DNA of 62,764 bases, filler included, from Nemertoderma westbladi (taxonomy: Eukaryota > Animalia > Xenacoelomorpha): the NCBI GenBank assembly GCA_032718475.1. It is 3 parts of 3 records of this genome, joined end to end, with 100 filler letters (N's around TTAATTAATTAA, not from the genome) between each part and the next. Parts side by side here need not be neighbours in the genome. Positions count along the whole stretch, not along the records: positions 1 to 24,816 come from JAUCBJ010008473.1; 2 more parts are not named here. The stretch is one strand, 5' to 3'. Under the pieces are notes generated by a model. The model had not been told where the DNA came from. It saw only the letters and a program-made list of their open reading frames with translations, and made no database searches. Position 1 is the stretch's first letter. Each line of letters starts with the position of its first letter. This document shows positions 11,214 through 21,346 of the stretch, piece by piece. The position numbers and the translations under genes are program-made.

Positions 11214-12500
11214 CAGTGCCGGATTAAGCCTCTGGTGGCCCTAAGGCACATTTTAGTAATTTCCAAAAATGGCCCGAAAATTGATATTTTTCCGAAAACC
11301 CTTTCAAAAGAAAAAGCTGCTAAAAACAACTTAAATTGTGAAAATATTGCGAATAAAATATGAAATATAAAGTGTTTTCGTAAGTATATAATATTTAACA
11401 GTAATTAGTATTATAATATTTCAAATAAGTAGGCCCACTAAGTACTTTAATAATAAGTACTTTGCAAAAATAGTTTTCATCAAGAATTGTAACATTACTA
11501 AACGGCATATTATTATGCCTATAAAACCTTTGCTATAAAAAGTGTAATGGTTTTGGTAGAATTTATCAAGTTTTTTATAATTTTTAATATATTAATGGGA
11601 TCATTATCCCAAATCTATTTGTTATATTTATAAAGCTACTATTCTGAAACTTTAACACAATGATCTGTGATCATTTATATACTATGAAAACTGAGTATAG
11701 ATAGCTTCATAAACCGTTTGTTCGAAAAATATGGCACTTTTTGAACAGGTCGGTTTTTTTCCAAATTTGTATAAATGTTGAGGGATTTATATGTATGTAA
11801 ATTAGCTCATGTTTAAGGATCTGTAATATCACCTGCATTGAAGTTCTCGGTCCAAGACTTTGGTAAAATGGAAACAGATACTGTATGTAGGCTATCTTGT
11901 ATCTTCTATGAAAATTATTGCTTTTGAAAAAATTATGGGGGATTTAGTATGTCCGGGCTATATTTTGGGAATCAAATATTTTGTGATAGACAAAGTTAAA
12001 AGCAGTTACAAAATCGGTTCTGGAAGATCCAAATGGCCATGTTTTACAAAACCAACGATAGTAGTCCTAAAGCTGCTGACCATTTTGGTATATGTTTGAT
12101 GGCAATTGAGTAAAAAATAATATAGCAGTTGGGAATTTAGTGATGAAAAAAGTCAAAATCGACAAACTGATAAAAAGGTTGTTTTATACAGAGAGTCATA
12201 AATATCAGCAATATATTATGTTGTTGAAAAGAGCAGTTTTGAGGTCAAAAAAATAATTCAATGTTGAAAACCGATATCACCAAATGAAAGCCCTTCTATC
12301 ACACTACAAAAAATTGTGTAAATTTTTGAAAATTTTATTTCTGAGGGGGTTATAGTTTGTGGGCCAACAAACTATAACCCCCTCAGAAATGAAATTTTCA
12401 AAAATTATTAAAATAAATTAGTAAAAACTATCCATAATTAATATCAATAATTAATAATAATTAATAAATCATAAAAATTACTTATTATTTTAAGCATTTA
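11214..12500. mobile_element. Possible hAT-like non-autonomous element, right end undefined
   Basis: Starts CAGTGCCGGATTAAG exactly where the minisatellite stops; no matching right TIR found. Confidence 0.3.
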
Positions 12501-12628
12501 GCAATTTTGATCGGATCGTGGGAATGTGTTAATTATTTGCTGTATGCAGGTATGGTAGGTTACGCAGGGTACTTATCTTTACAGGACTTGCTGAGAAATA
12601 TAACACACCGTAAGTAAGTGTGGGGCTT

Positions 12629-15600
12629 TGTAAAAGCTTTTGTGGGATAACTGATTCGTTTGCCTTGCTAACCAGTTCCCCCCAGGCGCTGGAATACTCT
12701 AAAAAGGTATCTATAACTAGAATAGTGCAAGCTACCGGCTGATTGGCTGATTTGCTGTGCGAAGGGATCTGGGCTACGTTTGATCGTCCAACCAGCTTGG
12801 GAAGGTTGCCCCACAGCCCTGCTTTCTGTATCTGCCAATAGGATTTGAGTTGGTTTTGATTTCGACCTATCACAGATCTACTGAACTGAATTTTCCTATC
12901 TGTATGCTCATTCTCTGTGGTGGGTGGAAGCCTTTGTAAATAAGGTTATTCTTATCAGTTTTCAGTGTTGTTGGTGATTCTAAGCCAGGAAGAACGGCTC
13001 TAGAATCGCTTATTTTCAGACTTTATAAGAAACATTAGTAGGCTTAAGATTATAGAGCGCATAACTGTTATCTTATCTCTTAACTTAACCACGAATCATA
13101 ATACAATACATATTTACATATCTTAACCTACCGTCCTACTGCTTTTATGGTTTGTAATTATTTGTGTCAGTTAATTGGATGTTATTAGTTGAAGAATATC
13201 GTCAAATAACCCGAATTTCCCAATTTTCTTGATACACTACAGGTTAGAGAGACAGTTTACATACAACGATTGCGACTTATATTATAGTGGTTTGTAGTGA
13301 ATATAATGCTATTTGGTAGCCACTACTTGAGTCAATTGCTATTCTCTTTATACGTGATCAAAGTCAGTGACTGTCGGCAAACCAGTGAGCAGTATTGTGC
13401 GGTACCGGTAGTGTGTATGATTGTGATTGAGACTGATAACTAAGCATCTCCTAAAGAATGCGTCTCATGCGTGAAATCTAAGCCATATCGTTGTGTTTGG
13501 TGTAAGTCATAACTTTGTTTACATAGATAGAGCGCCACGTCCTAAAGGAACTGCTAATATTTCCCGAAAGTGAATAATATTTGTCAGAGATTATACATTA
13601 GTGATCAATCGAATAATACAAGTAGGCTTCACTGCAATAAATCTAAGCCCTCAGAATCCAGCCCCCCGGGTATATCCAGCGGGTGAATGGACGCGCACTA
13701 GGCTGGCTTCGGCTAATGTTGTGTTTATTTTGTATTAAATCTTGTCATCTTATAAAGTCAATTTACCAACTAAAGACATATAAATTTTGGCAGGTTAAAC
13801 TGCTAAAGGTCTACAAAAGCGCGTACAATAACAGTTATTGATCTTATTGCAGTAAGCAATAAGGTTGCAAAGTACCGGTCAACCGGTAAACCTGAACCGG
13901 TACTTCTGTAGGTCAGTAGGTCCAACTGCCAGAACCGGTACTTCTGTAGGTCTGTAGGCCCAACTGTCCTAACCGGTACTTCCAGTATAAGTACATTAGT
14001 ATTATTCGATTTTGATTATTGTATACCGGTAGGTCTCGATATTAAATCGGGGACGCCTGGTTTTTATTGGGATTTTACTTAGGTCTATTTCTGTCAGTTT
14101 TATTTCCTAGTAAGTTAATATTGAGCTGAAGACGTGTAAGTCTGCTCAGATTGTTCAGATCATTGCAGGCTGGACTGTTGTCTGACTGTTGTTAGGCTTG
14201 AAGATTACAGCGTGTGTAGAGTAAGTCTGATAAAGTGCCAGTTAGTAAGTTGGGGCAACTCGTAGTTGTAAGGTCAACCCCCTCTTAAAGAATAAGTCGT
14301 ACTACCGTATTAGCACGCATACTAACTAACAATTTTGGAATCTGCATATACTGTAGTTTATTTAGGCTTGATAGTAGTCCGTCAGCGTTTATCCTGTATT
14401 GTTTGTATAGTCTGTTCAGGTACCGTAATATTATTCAGATATTTTGTAGGCTGGATTGTTGTCTGGCTGTTGTTGGGTCTGAAGGAATTGCTGCGTGTGT
14501 AGAGTAAGTCTGATAAAGTGCCAGTTAGTAAGTTGGGGCAACTCGTAGTTGTAAGGTCAACCCCCTCTTAAAGAATAAGTCGTACTACCGTATTAGCACG
14601 CATACTAACTAACAATTTTGGAATCTGCACATACTGTAGTTTGTTTAGGCTTGATAGTAGTCTGCCAACATTTAGTTTGTATTTTATTTGAGTATTTTGT
14701 ACGGGTAGCGTAATATTTATTATTCAGAGTTTATGCGATTACTCGCAACATTCATGTCCCCAAGTTTGTTCCTACAGTAATTGTGTTTGTTAAACATACC
14801 GTTATAGTTAAATTAACCCCGGTACTACACGGGCTGCTTGGCGTAGGTAAAGACTGGTGACTTTGTGCCCCGGTCACTCCAGCAGATGCTGTGGTTCTTT
14901 TAACTGTTCAAGTATATTTAACTGCAGGTTATTTGTTTTACAAGTACTTGTACCTAATTTAGGGTTTAGTGTACAGTGCTTTCCGAAAGTAATTAGTGTA
15001 GGCATTATATTTGTGTTGTAAAGTGGTTGATAGGCACGTTCGTTCTATTAACCTCTAGGTAGGAACACTCCGTGATACATAACGTAGTACCTATAGCGAT
15101 ACGGCTTTAGGTCGTCAGGCGGTGGTATTTTCCTATCTGGACAACGCAGTATATTTACTTCTGCTTATTATTTTCAAATACTGTAGTATCCTATCCGTTG
15201 TAATAACCAGAAGTCCTAACCCTTTGTTAGACTGGTTCGTAGTATCCCTGTTAAATTACCCTAAAAAATATTCGTACGTATAGTTTTTCGTGTGTTTATT
15301 AGAGATTGTAATCTCAACAATATTGTAAGTAATTAATAGATAAGTAACGTAGGCCAGTAGAATTATTCGTTTTAGTGTCAAATAAGTAACACTTCACTGA
15401 GAGCGCACAGCTTCTGTGTAGTGATTATTCCCAGAAATAGTAACATCTATTTCAGTATTGTAACAAAACCCTTATCAGGGTATATATATATATATTATAA
15501 ATCAACTTAAAAGATTTATAAATCAGTAGGTCTGTCATACAACAACTCGGTCTCAATATCAGTAGGACTACTGCTTAAATAACGGTAACAAAGTAAGTTA

Positions 15601-18600
15601 AAGTAACCAAGTAACCCTAAAATATTCGGAAATGCAATTGTTCTGAGATAGTTGACATACCGGTATTTACGATAGGCTTATTATATTTATTTCTATAAAT
15701 TTGAGCTGAAATCATACCGGTACTCTGTAATTAATTCTAGTCCATAATTATACTTATATATACTATCAGTGTAAACTGTATACCGGTATTCACGATAGGC
15801 CTATTATATATTTATATATATTTGTGCTAAATTTGTATACCGGTACTCTGTGACAAAACTAGTTTACAATACTTATATATTATAAGTGTATACCGGTATT
15901 CTAATATATTGTAATTAATTACTGGTACTAGGCCAACAGCCTTACTGAATTACTAGACTTGCTTTAACTGTAACTATAGCAGTAGGCATTCCACTGTATA
16001 ACTAAATATGTCTGACACACAACAAAACCTGTCGGATAGTCTACTCGATGTCACCATCTGTGACAAAGATAGGAGTGTGGAACGATTAAGAAAAGAGTTT
16101 AGTTCACCTCCTACTAAAAAGAAGGTCATCCCTCCCGTAGTATCAGACCCTAGACTAATCCACCATAGGTCTATCATAGGCACTCGGGCCCAGGTCAAAC
16201 GGAACCAAGAGGCAGCTGTCCTATCGCAGCAACATCTTGGTCAAGAACCTACTTCCCAGCGACACGATAGCTCCAGTGGTTCGGATACTGTAGAGCTGAC
16301 TCCCGAACGCGGAGTGAAGATGGTGGGTACAGCTTACTCGGATCCCCTTCTTACTCTTCCAGCCGCGGTATTAACTACGATCTTGATTGCGGTGGAGGAA
16401 CACCAAAGCGATTGGACGAGAAATAAGCGATCGACCCAGGATAGTTATGCGGGCTACGCAAGGGAAGAATTGATGTCTATTGTCGAGTCACAATGTAATT
16501 TTCCCGGACTCGGATTCCCGTTAGATTTGTCAGAAGCTACTTGGGAAGACATATACCGGATGGGAGTGACTAAAGATACTATGGATCCAGCTGTTTGGAA
16601 GAGGTCGGCAGCAGGATATGTGCAGGGATTCTTCGGCTCTTTAGAGAGACTAGAAGAACAACTGTTTCGACAACCAAAAGGACCTCAAGAGCAGGAAGAG
16701 CTGCTTTATCAAGTACGTGAAAGAACCTTACGCATTAGACTGATCCTATCGGCCTTTGAGGAAACTTCCAAAAGAAGGCAGGACACGTCTCTGCAAGTTG
16801 CTGTCAAGACTTGGTTCCAGCGGGTAGGACTCAAAGTTCAAGAAACAGCCCGGTGGAAATCCCGGTTGGCTGAGCGACCAACCTACAAAGAATCAACCGA
16901 TGCCACCTTTTCTCAAGTGGAAAGTGAAGTGACAGCAGAGAGACCGCGACCGAGAGACGACATTGATATCTATCTGTCAGACTATCAGAGATTCCTAGGA
17001 GACGAGGAGTTGAGAAGAAGGCTGGCTGGACTTTCCCCTAATAGCGAAGGAACCAAGCATGTGTTGGACGCAATTGATACTGAAATGTTAGCTGCAAATC
17101 AAGCTAAATTCGATGAACAACTCCGCATCGCTAGAGCCCAGGAAGAACAAGTTAAGAAAAAACAGATAGAGGATCGAAAAGCAGCAGCAGCGGCAAAAGC
17201 GGCAGCGGCAGCAGAAGCAGAAAGAAAGACAGCAGAGGCCGAAGCAGACAGAAGAGCGGCAGAAGCAGCAGCCGAAGCAGACAGAAAAGCGGCAGTAGCA
17301 GCGGCAGCGGCCGAAGCAGAAAGAAAAGCTGCGGATGCATTGGCAGAAGCAGAAAGGAGAGCGTCTGACGAGATCGCCCAGCTAGCGTTGGAAAATATTC
17401 AGGAAAGTCAAGATAGTATAAATAAACGGTTAACGGATAGTAGAATGCAGATGATGAGTCGATCTACTTCCAAGCGCCAAGGTTATACATCATCGGAGGA
17501 AGGAGACACCACCGACCCTGAAGGTGGAGGAAATAGATCTCGTCTGAGTAGGCGTAAAAGAACGTCTCCCCGTCAGAAATTGCCTGATTTACCTCCAGCT
17601 GTTAGAAGACAACTAGCTAGCACAGCCGTAGCGAGTACAGAACACACAGACCGAATTGTTACTGTAAGTAGACTCCCTACTATAACAGATGAGCCTGAAA
17701 TAATTAGGCCTGTTCTCGAAGCCACCACTTCGGTGCTAGAGACACCTGTATTCCAGGGAGCAACCTCTAAATTCCCTTTACACAGCACGAAACTATCAGT
17801 GCCTAGTAGAACAGCCCCTGAAATGGTTCCTGTCATGGACTCCGAGCGTATGGATTGGTCGCCCGTAGTCCCTCGCCCGCCCGCCACAACGTTGGCGACT
17901 CCCGCTTCGGCGGTCGAGTGGGTGGAGGAGGGACGGAAGGGGATGAATGTCCTGCTCGGACAGATGCAGGAGACGGTCCACCAGTTCAAGGGAACTGTCA
18001 GGGAAAGTAGGTTAGAGCTACAAGAAGTGCAGCAAAGTATCGCGTTAGAACGCGATAAATTAGTAAATGTAAAAAGGGGCATACCAACACCCCCTGTAAC
18101 AATGTGTCAACCTGTTAGGCCTGAAGTATTTCATGCGCAAGGTGTGGAGCCTACACGCATCTATACTGCTAGCGAAGTAGAAACTCCTATAGCAAACCCT
18201 ATTAAGGGTGATTATAAACCTGTTTGTAATGATATTCCCTATAGACCTGATAATAATCCGAGAAATTTATATACCGATAATTCGATATTAAATAACACGA
18301 TGGCCCAAGAAAGCTTTACGCGTCAGATGGCTAGAACAGAAGCCCGCCAAGCGGTCAAAGTGGGAGAAATCGTCAAATTCAAAGGGGATGAAATGAAATG
18401 CTTACCGTTTAATGAATATTATGAAGATAGCATACAGAACTCTGTACTATCTAGCGGAGAGAAACTGAGATTCCTCATCAAATGTTTGGAAGGACCTCCC
18501 AAGTTAATGGCGTTGAAGTTTATTGGACATCCAAATGGATTAAGACAAGTTTGGGATACATTACACACCAGGTATGGTAATAAGGATAACATAGCTAAGT

Positions 18601-20630
18601 ATTTGTATGCAAAATTAGTAGCTCCCCGAAAGTTCCTTAGTAACGAGATTATAGAATTTTCCGATGAGATTCAAGAAATCTGCCGACAATTGGATTGGTT
18701 AGGTAAGTCTCATGAATATCAGAGTTCTATGGTTATTGGAGCCATAGTCTCCACTTTACCAAAGGGTGGAGTATGTACTCGCTGGGACAAGAAAGTGTTG
18801 TATATGATGGAGCAACAACGACGGAGCCCTACCATGGCTGATCTCATGTTATTCCTAGACGGTGAGGTCAAACTACAACTCATAAAGCAGTCCAGAGAAA
18901 AAACATCGAAAAATAAGGTAAGTGAGAAACCAGTTACTAGGAGAAGGGTAAACCCAGTATGTTATACTGACGACGGCGAAAGCCAAGCGTCTCAAGAAGA
19001 GGACAGCGGGAAAGACACTGACCACTCTTACTATGTTAACAAGACCCCTAGAGATATAAGTAAATACAAGCCGCGAACAAATGATAGGAGAGACAAGGCT
19101 ACCAAGACCCCTCCTCAGTCTCCCAACAGAATTCAGGTAAGAAAGCCCGAAGAACGAGCGAAAGTACATAACATTACCCAAGGTAAAGTGAGCAACATCA
19201 AGCCAAACTGTGTGCTGTGCGACGGGCCCCACCGTTTGAGTGCGTGTACTGAATTCTTTAAGAAATCCCTAGTAGCCAGACGAGAAGTAGTGTGGGATAA
19301 GCGGTTGTGTTATAATTGCCTCAGACCAGGACACCAACGGCGAAACTGTTACTCTGACATAAAGTGTGCAAAGTGCGGTGCGAAACATCACGTCTTGTTA
19401 CACAGTGAATTCGAACGAAACCACCCGAGTCAGGTGAGTGAGCCAGAATTACATGTCCAATTCAGTGATGTGAACGACACTGACCAAGGTTCTGAGTGGG
19501 AAGGATTCTATACGGATGAATTCTCCGATGCCAACGAATCCTGTTATCTAATAAATACTACAGTGTATCGAGCACTTACATATGAAAAGGACACAGACAC
19601 GGAGTTCCCCCTAACCACCTTTGACAGACAACCATCTTGGAAAGCTCCAACCTCCAACGTAGGAATACGAGAATTTCCGGTAGTACAAGTAAGAGTTCAC
19701 GGTCCTAACAAAAGTTACATAGTGAACGCCCTCCTTGACTCCGGCAGCACCGGAACATTCATCGACAAAGAATTAGCCGAGGATATCTTTGCTGGACAAC
19801 CCAAATTCCGAACTAAGCTAAATATGTCCGGAATTATGCAGGTTTGGAAATCTACCATAACGGCAGATTACTATGTGGGTGCGTTGTCCACACCACAGGA
19901 TAAATTAGGAGAACAAAGTATAAGGTCAGTAAAAATGGTGGCAATAAAGAACTTCGCTACTACCCAAGCAGACCTTTATAATTGGGACGAAGACGAGAGC
20001 ATCCAACATCTGGAGATACCTCGATTCCAAACAGATTATCCTGGAGTGCAAATCCTCATCGGCCAAAACGCGCATGAGGCGCTCGAGACATTGGAGAAAC
20101 GGCCTGCTCAACCGCAGCCATTACAAACTTATGCGGTAAAAACTAGAGTAGGTTGGTACTTTACTGGCCCTTCCCGCAGAACTATTGAAGAAAGATTGCC
20201 ACAAGACCGGCTACTTCAAGTAAAGGATTGGGAAGAGGAGAGCAGTGAAGTGGACGAACCCACTGAGGGAACACCATACTCCTCAGATAATGACGACATA
20301 TATCAACTCTTCGAGGAAGAGAACACAATCGACCTACTAACCGAAAATAAATTATGGAATGATCAGCGAACTTTGTGTCAACTGATTCGCCCATCGGGAC
20401 CCATTGACTACAATGATGAACTCAATGACGAGATAGAGCGTTACAACGCTAGAACACGAGACGAACTCGCAGTACGATTCTTTACACAAGAGTTGGTAGA
20501 ACCCAATTCATACGATAAGGCTCTATCAATAGAAGAAGAAAGAGCCAAGCAAATCCAGGAGACAACTACACGTTTTCTAAAAGATCAAGGGAGATACGAA
20601 ATCGGTCTACCCTTTCGAAAACGAGAACCT
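12629..20630 (+). mobile_element. BEL/Pao LTR retrotransposon, copy B (5' LTR, long leader, gag-protease), cut by a nested element
   Basis: TGTAAAAGCTTTTG start shared with two other copies; ORF 16008-20654 has BEL-type motifs. LTR end tentatively at AAGACA 13778, followed by TGG at 13788 (AATAAA at 13636); this boundary is uncertain. Confidence 0.9.
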
Positions 20631-20654
20631 TGTGGAGGCAATTTGGGTATTTGA
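16008..20654 (+). CDS. gag-pol: BEL/Pao Gag-protease polyprotein, truncated at the start of RT
   Basis: DUF1759-like region (FKGD..F..Y...I...EKLRFLIKCLEG), triple zinc knuckle (CVLCDGPHRLSAC, CYNCLRPGHQRRNC, CAKCGAKHHVLLH), aspartic protease ALLDSGS, pre-RT motif GRYEIGLPFR; the last codons come from the inserted LTR. Confidence 0.93.
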   Translation: MSDTQQNLSDSLLDVTICDKDRSVERLRKEFSSPPTKKKVIPPVVSDPRLIHHRSIIGTRAQVKRNQEAAVLSQQHLGQEPTSQRHDSSSGSDTVELTPERGVKMVGTAYSDPLLTLPAAVLTTILIAVEEHQSDWTRNKRSTQDSYAGYAREELMSIVESQCNFPGLGFPLDLSEATWEDIYRMGVTKDTMDPAVWKRSAAGYVQGFFGSLERLEEQLFRQPKGPQEQEELLYQVRERTLRIRLILSAFEETSKRRQDTSLQVAVKTWFQRVGLKVQETARWKSRLAERPTYKESTDATFSQVESEVTAERPRPRDDIDIYLSDYQRFLGDEELRRRLAGLSPNSEGTKHVLDAIDTEMLAANQAKFDEQLRIARAQEEQVKKKQIEDRKAAAAAKAAAAAEAERKTAEAEADRRAAEAAAEADRKAAVAAAAAEAERKAADALAEAERRASDEIAQLALENIQESQDSINKRLTDSRMQMMSRSTSKRQGYTSSEEGDTTDPEGGGNRSRLSRRKRTSPRQKLPDLPPAVRRQLASTAVASTEHTDRIVTVSRLPTITDEPEIIRPVLEATTSVLETPVFQGATSKFPLHSTKLSVPSRTAPEMVPVMDSERMDWSPVVPRPPATTLATPASAVEWVEEGRKGMNVLLGQMQETVHQFKGTVRESRLELQEVQQSIALERDKLVNVKRGIPTPPVTMCQPVRPEVFHAQGVEPTRIYTASEVETPIANPIKGDYKPVCNDIPYRPDNNPRNLYTDNSILNNTMAQESFTRQMARTEARQAVKVGEIVKFKGDEMKCLPFNEYYEDSIQNSVLSSGEKLRFLIKCLEGPPKLMALKFIGHPNGLRQVWDTLHTRYGNKDNIAKYLYAKLVAPRKFLSNEIIEFSDEIQEICRQLDWLGKSHEYQSSMVIGAIVSTLPKGGVCTRWDKKVLYMMEQQRRSPTMADLMLFLDGEVKLQLIKQSREKTSKNKVSEKPVTRRRVNPVCYTDDGESQASQEEDSGKDTDHSYYVNKTPRDISKYKPRTNDRRDKATKTPPQSPNRIQVRKPEERAKVHNITQGKVSNIKPNCVLCDGPHRLSACTEFFKKSLVARREVVWDKRLCYNCLRPGHQRRNCYSDIKCAKCGAKHHVLLHSEFERNHPSQVSEPELHVQFSDVNDTDQGSEWEGFYTDEFSDANESCYLINTTVYRALTYEKDTDTEFPLTTFDRQPSWKAPTSNVGIREFPVVQVRVHGPNKSYIVNALLDSGSTGTFIDKELAEDIFAGQPKFRTKLNMSGIMQVWKSTITADYYVGALSTPQDKLGEQSIRSVKMVAIKNFATTQADLYNWDEDESIQHLEIPRFQTDYPGVQILIGQNAHEALETLEKRPAQPQPLQTYAVKTRVGWYFTGPSRRTIEERLPQDRLLQVKDWEEESSEVDEPTEGTPYSSDNDDIYQLFEEENTIDLLTENKLWNDQRTLCQLIRPSGPIDYNDELNDEIERYNARTRDELAVRFFTQELVEPNSYDKALSIEEERAKQIQETTTRFLKDQGRYEIGLPFRKREPCGGNLGI

Positions 20655-21305
20655 CCCTAATATTTATAAACGTAGATGCTAGGTGCAAGCAGTAAGTATA
20701 ACGCAATCCCAGAAAATAATAATTGACAATCAATAAGAAAGTAGGTAGGTTATAAGGAAAGTATAAGCAATCAATTAAACATTCTTCATTCATTAACATA
20801 GGGAGGCTCAAAGCCAAAACAATCATTAGTGCATTACAGCATCAGTTACATTTAGACATTAGTATATCAAACTGTAGGATCAACATGTAGGTAGCAGCAA
20901 TACAACAAAAGTTAAATAGCAATTGATATAAAGTAGTCGGTAACAAGAAGATATAAGCAACAATCAACTGATCAATTCAATCATTAAAGTGATTGGATCG
21001 GCAGGCGGTAACCACAGTATCATTATTACATACAGACTTCAGTTGAGAGAGTTTATTGTATATAGTTATATGATGCAGCAGTGCAGTAGTACCGGTCTGC
21101 CGGTAAGGTACTGCAGTACCGGTACGGGTATATGCACATGCAAAAACTACACGTACAGAAGTAAGTAATACCGGTAACAATATTACAAGTCAGGCACATG
21201 CAGACATCATGTTAGATCCTAACGTGGTGGTTTATTTTTACATACAGTAAATTCCCATAACCAAAACATTTAAATTAAAATGTACAGCAAAATTAGCTGC
21301 ACACA
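20631..21305 (-). repeat. 3' LTR of the nested BEL/Pao element
   Basis: On the minus strand it follows the pol stop and a GGGGG polypurine tract, begins TGT(GT)GCAGC and ends CCTCCACA at 20631, exactly where the host ORF loses homology. Confidence 0.8.
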
Positions 21306-21346
21306 CCCCCACGTTGCAACGGAACATTCTGTTGCAATGAACATTT

